A DNA stretch of 64,000 nucleotides from Rickettsiales bacterium (GTDB lineage: Bacteria > Pseudomonadota > Alphaproteobacteria > Rickettsiales > UBA1997). A program made the position numbers and the translations under genes. The notes under the pieces are model-generated. The model was not told the origin of the DNA, did not search any database, and saw only the letters and a program-made list of their open reading frames with translations. Of the stretch, positions 46,006 to 55,211 are shown one piece after another. Where the stretch lies: assembly GCA_031289855.1 (NCBI GenBank), contig JAITOR010000075.1, positions 7,702-71,701 of the forward strand, given 5' to 3'. Position 1 is the first letter of the stretch, and every line of letters begins with the position of its first letter.

Positions 46006-48013
46006 ACTTTTTTTTATTTTTAGTTTGTTTTGTGGCATTGTAAATGCTACTAATGTTGAAAATTTATTTTATAACACAAACAAAGATATTAAATTGAAAA
46101 TGGAATTCACCGAAAAAGATGAAAAAATTTTCAAAAATACATTAAAAATGATTGAAAAAAAAGATTTCCCTAAAGCATTGTCTTTGGCAAATTCTATGGA
46201 AAGTGAATATTTACGAGATGGTATGATAATTTATGTTTTGTGGCAAAAATACAAAATGATTGATAACGAGGATATAGATAACAATTTTGCTGATTTAATG
46301 GCTTTTATTGAAAGATATAAATATCTGCCAGATATAGAAAATTTAAAAAGAAATTTGGAAAATATGTATTTAAAGAGTGATATTTCGAATGAATATGTGG
46401 AAAACTATTTTAAAAACAATAAACCTATTAAAATTGAAACCGCAATCAAACTATTAAAAAATGGAATTTTAACCAACCACATAAAAGTATTTAACGATTA
46501 TGAATTGTATGGTGAAAATTTGGTATATTTTATAAATCTTTTTAAAGACAAGTTAAATACAAATGGATATGTAAATAAAATTGAATCCTTAATTTTGAAT
46601 AAAAAATTTATTGATGCGAGATATATAATGAAATTTTTGAATAAAAACGATGCTTCTTTATATGAAACGATTATACAAATAAATACAACTCCAAAAAACT
46701 TTAATGAACTTTTAAAAGGAATATCATATTTTTCAAAAAGTAATGAATTGTTATTGTATACAAAATTTATGTATTATCAAAAAAAAGGAGATAATGAAGA
46801 GGCAAAAAAATTGATAATGGAAGTGCCCCGAGATTCAAAGTTTATTGATAAATGGTGGTATTATCAAAAATATTATGTTAGAGAGTATTTAAAGGACAAA
46901 GATTATGTTAAATCGTATTTTTTGGCAACAAATCAAAATTTAAAAAGAGGAACTATTGATTATGCAGAAGCAGAATGGTTAGCTGGTTGGGTTGCACTTG
47001 ATTTTTTAAATGAAAAAGGATTAGCATACAAACATTTTAAAAATTTGTTTGATAATGTATCGTATCCCGCAAGTAAAGCAAGAGCCGCATATTGGCTGGG
47101 TAGGGTGGATGAGGATATGGCAAATATAAAAAATGCTTTAAGATGGTATGAAATTGGCACACAATTCTCTTTATATTATTATGGACAATTATCTTGGTAT
47201 GCAAAAAACAGAATAACGCAAACAGCATCTTTAACTAATGAAATGCCACTTCCAAAACAACCTACATTCACTCAAAATGAAGAAAACGATGCCATAAATA
47301 ATGAAATTGCAGGATTAGCATATTTGGTGGCAAAAACCGGTGGAGAAAGAAAAATTTACATTGAACTTTTTAGAAGTGCAATAATTAGTGCAAAAAGCAC
47401 TGGTGAAAAAGTTGCGATTTTTGAAATTGTAAAAAATATAAAAGATGAAGTATTAATTACAAATATAGCAAAGTTTTTAGCGTATAGACAAATTTATTTT
47501 ATAGATAATTTATTTCCAACTCTAACCATGATAAATTTAAAAAACTCAAACTCACATTTAATACATGCAATCATAAAACAGGAAAGTGGATTTCATGTAT
47601 TGGCTTCAAGTAGGGTTGGAGCAAGTGGATTTATGCAAATTATGCCGGCAACAGCAAAAATTTTAGCCAAACAATTAAAATTAAAATACAATAAAAAGCA
47701 ATTACAAACAAATCCAATTTATAATATTTTGTTAGGTTCTCAATATATAAACTCATTAATTAGTCAGTTCGATGGATCGGAAGTCTTGGCAATTGCTTCA
47801 TATAATGCTGGCCCTGGTGCTGTAAAACGATGGATTAGTAGGTATGGGGATCCAAGAAAAATGACAGAAATTAGAGATATTGTGCGATGGATTGAAAGCA
47901 TTGAATATAACGAAACAAGAGATTATGTGCAAAAAGTGGTTGAAAATGGTGTGGTGTATCAATATATAATTGGGAGTTGGGATGGTGTAGGGGGGGGATA
48001 TCATGTGAAATAA
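45998..48013 (+). CDS. slt: soluble lytic murein transglycosylase (Slt70-like)
   Basis: The ORF opens at 45980. The start was set at MLKLFFIFSLFCGIVNA (a signal peptide). A superhelical N-domain precedes the catalytic ESGFHVLASSRVGASGFMQIMPATA and ASYNAGPGAV motifs. Confidence 0.85.
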   Translation: MLKLFFIFSLFCGIVNATNVENLFYNTNKDIKLKMEFTEKDEKIFKNTLKMIEKKDFPKALSLANSMESEYLRDGMIIYVLWQKYKMIDNEDIDNNFADLMAFIERYKYLPDIENLKRNLENMYLKSDISNEYVENYFKNNKPIKIETAIKLLKNGILTNHIKVFNDYELYGENLVYFINLFKDKLNTNGYVNKIESLILNKKFIDARYIMKFLNKNDASLYETIIQINTTPKNFNELLKGISYFSKSNELLLYTKFMYYQKKGDNEEAKKLIMEVPRDSKFIDKWWYYQKYYVREYLKDKDYVKSYFLATNQNLKRGTIDYAEAEWLAGWVALDFLNEKGLAYKHFKNLFDNVSYPASKARAAYWLGRVDEDMANIKNALRWYEIGTQFSLYYYGQLSWYAKNRITQTASLTNEMPLPKQPTFTQNEENDAINNEIAGLAYLVAKTGGERKIYIELFRSAIISAKSTGEKVAIFEIVKNIKDEVLITNIAKFLAYRQIYFIDNLFPTLTMINLKNSNSHLIHAIIKQESGFHVLASSRVGASGFMQIMPATAKILAKQLKLKYNKKQLQTNPIYNILLGSQYINSLISQFDGSEVLAIASYNAGPGAVKRWISRYGDPRKMTEIRDIVRWIESIEYNETRDYVQKVVENGVVYQYIIGSWDGVGGGYHVK

Positions 48014-48040
48014 AAAACCCTCTTAAAAGAGGATTTTTTG
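48012..48040. terminator. bidirectional terminator between slt and the SBP gene
   Basis: The sequence is aaaaaCCCTCTTaaAAGAGGattttttg, flanked by A and T runs. Confidence 0.55.
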
Positions 48041-48053
48041 TTATTGTATAAAA

Positions 48054-48812
48054 CTATAAATGGAAATTCCATTTTTTTCTAATTTTAGCCAAAGTTCCAT
48101 CTTTTTCTAAATCAACTATTGCTTGTAAAATCTTTTTTGCCAATTTTGGATTTTTCTTTGTTATGGCAGATACGCCGGATGATGAAGAGAATTCTTCTGA
48201 CAAGTTTTTCAATTGATTTGATCTTGTGCTTTTTTTCATGTAGTAAGCATTTACCACACTGTCATTCACCACAACATCAATCTTGTTTTGAATTAAAGAC
48301 TCATACATAACTTCGGCTGAATCAAAAAATGCAAGTTTATCTTCACCATACCTTTTGGCACCTTCTTCAGCAGCAAGAGTTCCTTGAACCACACCAATTT
48401 TAACATTTTTGCCATTTTTAACATCATCTTCGTTTTTTAAAGTTGTGTTATTTTTATTTATAATAGCGGTTAATCCACATTCCATAATAGGTTGAGATAA
48501 AGTAACTTTGTCTCTTTTCACGTCAGATTCATCAACCGTTACGATTAAATCAATTTTTCCTGATGTGATGCCAACCAATGCTCCAGGATATTCAAGGTTT
48601 ATAATATCTGCTTTTTCTCCAATTTTTTTTGAAATCGCATTTATCACATCTACTTCAAAGCCTTCTAACTCTCCTTTTTCATTATAAATCGCAAATGGAG
48701 GGTATGAAGCATCTACTGCCGCACTAAATGCATTAGCATAATTAGGGTTAATAAACATTGATAAGATAGCACTTACCAAACATAAAAGAACAAAAACTAC
48801 TTTTTTTTTCAT
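48054..48812 (-). CDS. amino-acid ABC transporter substrate-binding protein (family 3)
   Basis: ORF 48054..48842, trimmed to MKKKVVFVLL (signal peptide). YPPFAIYNEKGELEGFEVDVINAISKKIG is typical of the family. No permease or ATPase gene lies adjacent. Confidence 0.75.
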   Translation of the reverse strand: MKKKVVFVLLCLVSAILSMFINPNYANAFSAAVDASYPPFAIYNEKGELEGFEVDVINAISKKIGEKADIINLEYPGALVGITSGKIDLIVTVDESDVKRDKVTLSQPIMECGLTAIINKNNTTLKNEDDVKNGKNVKIGVVQGTLAAEEGAKRYGEDKLAFFDSAEVMYESLIQNKIDVVVNDSVVNAYYMKKSTRSNQLKNLSEEFSSSSGVSAITKKNPKLAKKILQAIVDLEKDGTLAKIRKKWNFHL

Positions 48813-48918
48813 TTCTTTTCCTTTACCAATAAAAATTAACAAAATAATACATTATAATTAAAATAAAATTTTAATATATGGTTATTAAAAATCATTTTTT
48901 TAATAATGCAAATTAAAA

Positions 48919-48947
48919 TTGACTTTTAATATTATTATTGTTAGAAT
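48919..48947 (+). promoter_or_regulatory. sigma70-type promoter (TTGACT-N17-TAGAAT) of the MBOAT gene
   Basis: Read from the sequence. It lies 15 nt upstream of ATG 48963. Confidence 0.5.
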
Positions 48948-48962
48948 ACGATTAATTAAATT

Positions 48963-50432
48963 ATGTTTTGTGATTTTATGTCATTTGTTATTCCCACATT
49001 TTTGTTTATTTTTTTACCATTTTTGGCAGTTTTTAATTTGTTAGTTAATGTGCGAGTCGGTAAAAATAACAATGCAATTGTAAAAAATAAGTTTTTGTAT
49101 TACTTGACATATTTTAAAATATCAGTGTCAAACACAACAAAAATTCAAAATTTTTTATTATTTGTAGCGAATTTGCTTTTTTATGCTTTTTCTGATTTAA
49201 GAATGTTAAATTTTGTAATTCCACTTGCTTTTGTAACATTTGCTGGTGGCGTTCTTATTGAAAAAATAAAATTTAAAAAAACAACAACTCTATTTTTTGT
49301 TTTGATGAATACTATAATTTTATCATTCTTTAAATATTGGAAGTTGGATGGAGTAATTGCTCCAATTGGAATTTCTTTTATTTACTTTAAATTAGTATCT
49401 TATCTTGTTGATATTTATTATAAAAAAATAAAGGCAACAAATGATTTTTATAACTTCTTGCAATATATAATGTTTTTTCCACAAGTTTTAATGGGGCCTA
49501 TTCAACGATATAATGACTTTAATAAAGAATTACAAAGTAGAAGGATTACTTTTGATGAATCTATTATTGGGGTTAAAAGATTTGTTTTTGGCCTTGCAAA
49601 AAAAATACTTATTGCTGATGTATTGGGGGAGGTTGTGAATAAAATTTTTGCTTTACAGGTCGTAGATTTTAATACACATATTGCTTGGTTGGGTGCTATT
49701 TTTTATACTTTTCAACTTTATTACGATTTTTCTGGTTTCACTGATATGTCAATTGGTGTAGCAAAAATATTTGGTTTTAATAATATACCTGAAAATTTTG
49801 ATTATCCATACTTGTCAAAATCTATAACGGAATTTTGGAGAAAGTGGCACATAACACTTGGTTCGTGGTTTAGAGATTATGTATATATACCACTTGGGGG
49901 CAACAAAGTTAGTAAATTTAGAATGTATGTAAATCTTTGGATTGTATTTTTATTGACTGGTATATGGCATGGACAAGGAATATTTTCATTAGATATTTTA
50001 CATTCTGGAATTTGGATTTTTGTTGTATGGGGAATATGGCATGGATTTTTCAATTGTATTGAAAAAGTAACAGGATGGAATAAACCGAAAGAAAGAAAAA
50101 TAATGTCCGCAATTCAACACATTTACTGCCTTCTTGTTGTAATGTTTGGTTGGGTTATTTTTAGAAGCAAAGATTTAGAATATGCTTTTGATTATTTAAA
50201 AAATATGTTTGGTGTATTAAAAATAAATTCACAGTTTGCAAACTGGTATTATATAGATAGAGTTAGTTTGTTGACATTAGCGGTGGCGATTTTATGTTCT
50301 TTTCCTGTGTTTAAAAAATGGAAAGAAGGAAGTAATTTGTTGATTAACATATGGATAGTCATACTATTGATTGTGAGTGTTGCATTTGTATCTGCGAATA
50401 CATATCAAAGTTTTTTATATTTTCAATTTTAA
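48963..50432 (+). CDS. MBOAT family O-acyltransferase (AlgI/PatA/DltB-like)
   Basis: The protein is polytopic. FWRKWHITLGSWFRDYVYIPLGGN, together with downstream WHG histidines, is the MBOAT hallmark. Confidence 0.8.
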   Translation: MFCDFMSFVIPTFLFIFLPFLAVFNLLVNVRVGKNNNAIVKNKFLYYLTYFKISVSNTTKIQNFLLFVANLLFYAFSDLRMLNFVIPLAFVTFAGGVLIEKIKFKKTTTLFFVLMNTIILSFFKYWKLDGVIAPIGISFIYFKLVSYLVDIYYKKIKATNDFYNFLQYIMFFPQVLMGPIQRYNDFNKELQSRRITFDESIIGVKRFVFGLAKKILIADVLGEVVNKIFALQVVDFNTHIAWLGAIFYTFQLYYDFSGFTDMSIGVAKIFGFNNIPENFDYPYLSKSITEFWRKWHITLGSWFRDYVYIPLGGNKVSKFRMYVNLWIVFLLTGIWHGQGIFSLDILHSGIWIFVVWGIWHGFFNCIEKVTGWNKPKERKIMSAIQHIYCLLVVMFGWVIFRSKDLEYAFDYLKNMFGVLKINSQFANWYYIDRVSLLTLAVAILCSFPVFKKWKEGSNLLINIWIVILLIVSVAFVSANTYQSFLYFQF

Positions 50433-50507
50433 TACTCATTATGTTATTTGCTTTTTTTTATTCAAACATTGTTTTATTGCGACTTGTAGAGGTAAATTCC
50501 CCCCATA

Positions 50508-50533
50508 AGAGAGAGAGAGAGAGAGAGAGAGAG
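50508..50533. repeat. (AG)13 dinucleotide microsatellite
   Basis: There are 26 nt of perfect AG alternation. A C6 run precedes it and a polypyrimidine tract (50544..50579) follows. Confidence 0.95.
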
Positions 50534-50605
50534 TAAATACACACTTTTTCCCCATCCTTTTTCTCTTCTTCCTCCTCCCATGTTTTTTAGAATAGTGGGG
50601 TATAT

Positions 50606-51604
50606 ATGAATAAAATATTGCTCAATTTATGTTCCATTTTTATAATAAAAAAGAAAAAAAGAGAGTATTTTAAAATAAGATACAAAAATAAAACTTTATT
50701 AAGTTGTTTTTGTCCAAAAAAAATTTCGAACATGATTGATAAAATAAATAGAATAGACAATATTGACACAAATAATAGATATAATCGTATAAACATACAA
50801 ACCAATAGGGATTATTCCATAGAAGGTTGGAAATATGATAATCCATTGGATAAAACGAAATATGATATAAAAATTATCATTACTTATCACAGACCAGCAT
50901 TTTTGTTTCAACATAAAGTTTTGCTTCCTATACATGGTGGTAGGGATATAAAAGACAATAATATTATAAAAAGTGGTGCTGGAGAATTTATAAAAAGCGA
51001 ACAATCGATAAAATGGCTGCAAGATAATATGATTGGTGATAACACGGGAGACAATATTTCTTATATGAATAAAAATATAAGCATTGAGTCATCCTTGTAT
51101 TGGGTTTGGAAACATTATGATGAGATTGGAAATCCAGCCTATATTGGTAATTTTCATTTTAGGAAATTATTTCCATTTAGTGCCTTACATGATTATGCAA
51201 TTTATGATTTAATCTTGCCTATTAAAAGACAAACTGGAAAAGGATGTGATCTTTTAAATGAAATAAATGAAATCACAATGAATATTATAAAAAAACACTC
51301 ACCAGAATTAGTTGAAGAGATAAGAAAATGGTATTTAAAAGAAGCGAAAGACATTTATTATGATGAGATGTATATAATGACAAAAAAATTGTTTTTTGAA
51401 TATTGTGAATGGATTTTTCCAATTATATTTGATTTATACGAAGTTACAACAAAACAAAAAATACAAATTTGCTCTTGGGATATCAAAGGAGATGTGAGGC
51501 AAGTCGCTTGGGTTGTTGAAAGATTGACGGGCTGGTGGTTGTGGAAAAAAACACAAGATAAAAATATCAAATACAAAGAAATGCCCATAGTTATTATTGA
51601 ATAG
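50606..51604 (+). CDS. DUF4422-domain putative glycosyltransferase, paralog 2
   Basis: IKIIITYHRP...LPIHGGR...GDNTGDNIS...YWVWKHY...IGNFHFRK and YIMTKKLFFEYCEWIFPIIF show homology to 37945..38919. Confidence 0.65.
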   Translation: MNKILLNLCSIFIIKKKKREYFKIRYKNKTLLSCFCPKKISNMIDKINRIDNIDTNNRYNRINIQTNRDYSIEGWKYDNPLDKTKYDIKIIITYHRPAFLFQHKVLLPIHGGRDIKDNNIIKSGAGEFIKSEQSIKWLQDNMIGDNTGDNISYMNKNISIESSLYWVWKHYDEIGNPAYIGNFHFRKLFPFSALHDYAIYDLILPIKRQTGKGCDLLNEINEITMNIIKKHSPELVEEIRKWYLKEAKDIYYDEMYIMTKKLFFEYCEWIFPIIFDLYEVTTKQKIQICSWDIKGDVRQVAWVVERLTGWWLWKKTQDKNIKYKEMPIVIIE

Positions 51605-51747
51605 TTTTGTGTTGTTTTCTTTGTGTTTCATTTATGTTAAAAATTCTTATGACTTATGTTGTATAAACATACTTTACTATTTTTTTTATTTTTAATATTA
51701 ATCACTTCTTTTTGTCAAGTTGGTAGGAATTCACACATTAACTATTG

Positions 51748-51778
51748 AATAAATTTAATATTTTTTATTAAATTTATT
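51748..51778. terminator. perfect 13-bp AT-only inverted repeat between convergent genes
   Basis: The sequence is AATAAATTTAATA-ttttt-TATTAAATTTATT. The stem is weak because it is all A:T. Confidence 0.3.
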
Positions 51779-51877
51779 GCATTGGAATACCACATCACAT
51801 ACATCACCATCATTCATTAAAATTAATTGGCTATGTTTTTGAGAAAATAAAAATCGCATTTTTAAATATATTACACC

Positions 51878-52282
51878 CTATTCTGTAATTGCAACGCTTT
51901 TTTTTCCAAGTTTTGTCAAGTCTTCTTTAATTCTGGCACTTTTTCCTGTTAAATCTCGTAAATAATAAAGTTTTGCTTTATTTACAATGCCACTCTTTAC
52001 AACTTTAATTTCTTCCACCAATGGAGAATGAAATTGAAATTTTCTTTCAACACCAATTCCAGCACTTATTTTTCTTACCACAAATGTGGCATTAAAATTT
52101 TTTGCATCCTTACTTTTTGCGAGCACTGTTCCTTCGAAATTTTGAAGTCTTGTGTTTGCTCCTTCAGTAATTCTGTATCCAACTGATATAGTGTCGCCAA
52201 CATTGAACTCTATAAATTTTTTTGCATTTTCAGCAATTTTTTGCTTTTTTGCATTGTTAAACTTTTCTACTAAATTTACCAT
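51878..52282 (-). CDS. rplS: 50S ribosomal protein L19
   Basis: ORF 51878..52366, trimmed to MVNLVEKFN (52282), which is preceded by AAGGAGA. The L19 core is FNVGDTISVGYRITEG...RLQNFEG. Confidence 0.92.
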   Translation of the reverse strand: MVNLVEKFNNAKKQKIAENAKKFIEFNVGDTISVGYRITEGANTRLQNFEGTVLAKSKDAKNFNATFVVRKISAGIGVERKFQFHSPLVEEIKVVKSGIVNKAKLYYLRDLTGKSARIKEDLTKLGKKSVAITE

Positions 52283-52298
52283 AATACATTTCTCCTTA

Positions 52299-52661
52299 TT
52301 ATTTTTCTGGTCTATCAACAAATTCAATAATTGCCATTGGGGCAGCATCACCAGTTCTAAAACCATATTTCAAAACTCTTGTATAACCACCACTTCTATT
52401 GGTAAATCTTTTGGCAATTTCAAACAATTTGTTCACCACATCATTGTCTCTCAATACAGCCAACGCTCTTCGTCTGTCTGCCAGTGTTCCTTTTTTACCC
52501 AATGTAATCAATTTTTCCACCACAGGTCTTAAATCTTTTGCCCTTGGTAAAGTTGTCTTAATTTGTTCGCTCTTGATTAAAGAAGCTGATAAATTTTGCA
52601 ACATTGATTTTCTATGTGCACTTGGCATATTAAATTTTCTACCACTCATTCCATGTCTCAT
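52299..52661 (-). CDS. rplQ: 50S ribosomal protein L17
   Basis: [24 protein letters not shown] is the canonical L17 N-terminus. Confidence 0.96.
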   Translation of the reverse strand: MRHGMSGRKFNMPSAHRKSMLQNLSASLIKSEQIKTTLPRAKDLRPVVEKLITLGKKGTLADRRRALAVLRDNDVVNKLFEIAKRFTNRSGGYTRVLKYGFRTGDAAPMAIIEFVDRPEK

Positions 52662-52670
52662 TTTTTTCTC

Positions 52671-53672
52671 CTATTTATTTTTATCTTCAATAATTTTTTC
52701 CCAGTTTGGAATTATAGTACCAAAACTCAATCCCAACGATTTTAAAGTTTCCTTTATTTCAGTTAATGATTTTTTACCAAAATTTGGTAAATTTGTCATT
52801 TCTGATTCCTGTTTTTGAATTAAATCACCAATGCAATTTATATCCATGGCTTTTAAACAATTAAAACTTCTAACCGATAAATCAATATCCTCAATCTTTT
52901 TTAAGAATGAAGGATTTATTTCATTTTTTTTATCAGTGGCTTCGACTTTTTTAACTTTCTTTTCAAAATCATTAAATTTAGTAAATATATCTAATTGAGA
53001 TTGTAAAATTTTAGCTCCGAATGAAATTGTTTCCAACGGATCAATCGTCTTTTTTGTTTTTACTTTCAATTCCAACATATCGTAATTAATTTTATTTCCT
53101 TGTCTTGCATCAGTAACTTTGTAAGATACATTTTCAACTAAATTAAATAGAGAATCAATCTTAATTACACCAGCCTCTTTTACACTATCAGTGAAAGATG
53201 CAGGTTGATAACCAATTCCATATTCTGCCACCATTTCCGCTTCAAAAGATATGCCACTTTTTTCAATATTACATATCACAAAATCCCTATTAAGAATCTC
53301 ACCACCATTTTCAATTTTAATATCCCTTGCCAATACTTCACCTTTTTCATGCACTTTAATAACTAATTTTGATGGAGTGGTTGTTTCTTTTGTAAAAAGA
53401 ATGTTTTTTATATTCATTATTATTTCATAAACATCCTCTCTAATACCTTCAATTGTATCATATTCATGAAACACACCATTGATTTTGACTGATGTTACTG
53501 CAAAACCACCAATTGAACTTAATAATACTCGTCTTAAAGCATTTCCTAATGTAATACCATATCCTTTTTCCAATGGTTTCGCTATAAAAATTGCCTCAGT
53601 ATCACTTATTTTTTTAATTTCAACTTCGGGAGTATTTATCAAATTGTTCCAATTATTTTGTAAATTAACCAT
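52671..53672 (-). CDS. rpoA: DNA-directed RNA polymerase subunit alpha
   Basis: It has the NTD (GYGITLGNALRRVLLSS) and the CTD (LSVRSFNCLKAMDINCIGDL). Confidence 0.96.
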   Translation of the reverse strand: MVNLQNNWNNLINTPEVEIKKISDTEAIFIAKPLEKGYGITLGNALRRVLLSSIGGFAVTSVKINGVFHEYDTIEGIREDVYEIIMNIKNILFTKETTTPSKLVIKVHEKGEVLARDIKIENGGEILNRDFVICNIEKSGISFEAEMVAEYGIGYQPASFTDSVKEAGVIKIDSLFNLVENVSYKVTDARQGNKINYDMLELKVKTKKTIDPLETISFGAKILQSQLDIFTKFNDFEKKVKKVEATDKKNEINPSFLKKIEDIDLSVRSFNCLKAMDINCIGDLIQKQESEMTNLPNFGKKSLTEIKETLKSLGLSFGTIIPNWEKIIEDKNK

Positions 53673-53693
53673 ACTTTAATCCTTTTAATATTA

Positions 53694-54098
53694 TTAAACC
53701 CTTCTTCTTTTTGGTGCTCTACAACCATTGTGTGGAAGATGTGTTAAATCTTCAATACTTGTAACCACAATATTGCTACCCAAAAGAATTCTCAAAGCAG
53801 ATTCTCTACCTACTCCACCACCCAACACTTGTACCTTTGCAGTTTGTAAGCCACATTCTTTTGCTTTTTCAACTGCTTCATTTGTGGCTACTTGTGCGGC
53901 ATATGGAGTTGATTTTTTTGAACCCCTAAAACCCATTTTTCCAGCAGATGACCAAGATATAACATTACCTTGTGTATCAGCAACTGAAACGATCGTATTG
54001 TTAAATGATGCTTGAATTGAAATTATTCCTGCAAGGACATTTCTTTTCTTTTTTGCAATCTTTTTAACATTCGCTTTACTATTTTTTGTATTTTCCAT
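53694..54098 (-). CDS. rpsK: 30S ribosomal protein S11
   Basis: It has [30 protein letters not shown] and [13 protein letters not shown]. Confidence 0.97.
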   Translation of the reverse strand: MENTKNSKANVKKIAKKKRNVLAGIISIQASFNNTIVSVADTQGNVISWSSAGKMGFRGSKKSTPYAAQVATNEAVEKAKECGLQTAKVQVLGGGVGRESALRILLGSNIVVTSIEDLTHLPHNGCRAPKRRRV

Positions 54099-54106
54099 AT
54101 ATTTAC

Positions 54107-54526
54107 CTAACCTTTTTTACCAACAACAAGTTTTTTACCAGCAATTGCCACTGCCTTACCCTTTTTAGTTCTGCCATTAGAATGTGTTCTTTGACCTCTT
54201 ACAGGCAATTTCTTCACATGTCTAATACCTTTATAACAACCTAAATCGATAAGCCTCTTAATGGCTGATTGTGATTTTCTTCTTAAATCACCCTCCACGA
54301 GCAAGACTACATTTCCGTTAGAATTAGCATCGCCTTCGCCTTGTTTAACTATTAAATTTCTAACTTTCGTTAGAGTTGTTTCATCTACTTCAGGAGTTCT
54401 TAATTTTGCATCAATATTCAATTCTTTGCATATTTTTTCTGCTCTAGTCCTTCCTACACCATAAATGTATGTTAACGCTATAACAAATCTCTTGTTTAAA
54501 GGCACATTAACACCTGCTATTCTCAC
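54107..54526 (-). CDS. rpsM: 30S ribosomal protein S13 (with an internal insertion of about 13 aa)
   Basis: ORF 54107..54544. The start was set at GTG 54526, giving (M)RIAGVNVP, with GAGGTG upstream. The S13 core is GDLRRK...[15 protein letters not shown]...LPVRGQRT. Confidence 0.9.
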   Translation of the reverse strand: MRIAGVNVPLNKRFVIALTYIYGVGRTRAEKICKELNIDAKLRTPEVDETTLTKVRNLIVKQGEGDANSNGNVVLLVEGDLRRKSQSAIKRLIDLGCYKGIRHVKKLPVRGQRTHSNGRTKKGKAVAIAGKKLVVGKKG

Positions 54527-54533
54527 TACCAAA

Positions 54534-55208
54534 TTACACCTCACTATTGTTGTTAGTAATATTCAAGATACTCTTGATTTCTTGATTTATACTTTTTAAA
54601 TCTTTTACACTATCAATAAAAAAAGTCAAATTATTTTTTGCATAAAAATAAGTTATGTCGCAAATATTTGAATTGTAAATCTTATTTCTCTTTATAATAG
54701 AATCGATTTCACTATCATCCACCCTGCTGATTAACTTATCTCCACATACATCACACACATCACTAATCATTGGTCGTTTTGTGAGTAAATTATAAGTTGC
54801 ACCACATTTGCCGCAACTTACTCTGTTCCTAATTCTATTAATCAAAACCATTTCATCCAAATTGAATATAAAAACTTTTTTTAAATCAATTACTGGATAT
54901 TTTATTAAATATTTACTGGCCAATTCTGCTTGATTTAGCGTTCGTGGAAAGCCATCGATAATTATTTTATTTTCTGGTATTCTTTTCATTTCATTGGAAC
55001 ATAATTTTAAAATTATCTCATCGGACACTAATGAGCCTTTATCAATTAAACCTTGAATTTGTTTACCAATAGTGCTTCCTTTTTCTACTTCTTTTCTTAA
55101 CAAATGACCAGTTGAAAAAGATGTGTAACCATACTCTTTTAATAATTCCGCTTGAGTTCCTTTGCCACTTCCTGGAGGCCCTAAAAAAATTATAACTTCT
55201 TTTGTCAT
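54534..55208 (-). CDS. adk: adenylate kinase
   Basis: It has the P-loop GPPGSGKGTQA and a zinc lid CGKCGATYN...CDVCGDKL. Confidence 0.95.
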   Translation of the reverse strand: MTKEVIIFLGPPGSGKGTQAELLKEYGYTSFSTGHLLRKEVEKGSTIGKQIQGLIDKGSLVSDEIILKLCSNEMKRIPENKIIIDGFPRTLNQAELASKYLIKYPVIDLKKVFIFNLDEMVLINRIRNRVSCGKCGATYNLLTKRPMISDVCDVCGDKLISRVDDSEIDSIIKRNKIYNSNICDITYFYAKNNLTFFIDSVKDLKSINQEIKSILNITNNNSEV

Positions 55209-55211
55209 ATT

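Noticed and set aside
50351-50536. 61-aa ORF ending in RERERERE
   Set aside because: The C-terminus is simply the (GA)13 microsatellite read in frame. The ORF overlaps the 3' end of the MBOAT gene and has no signals.
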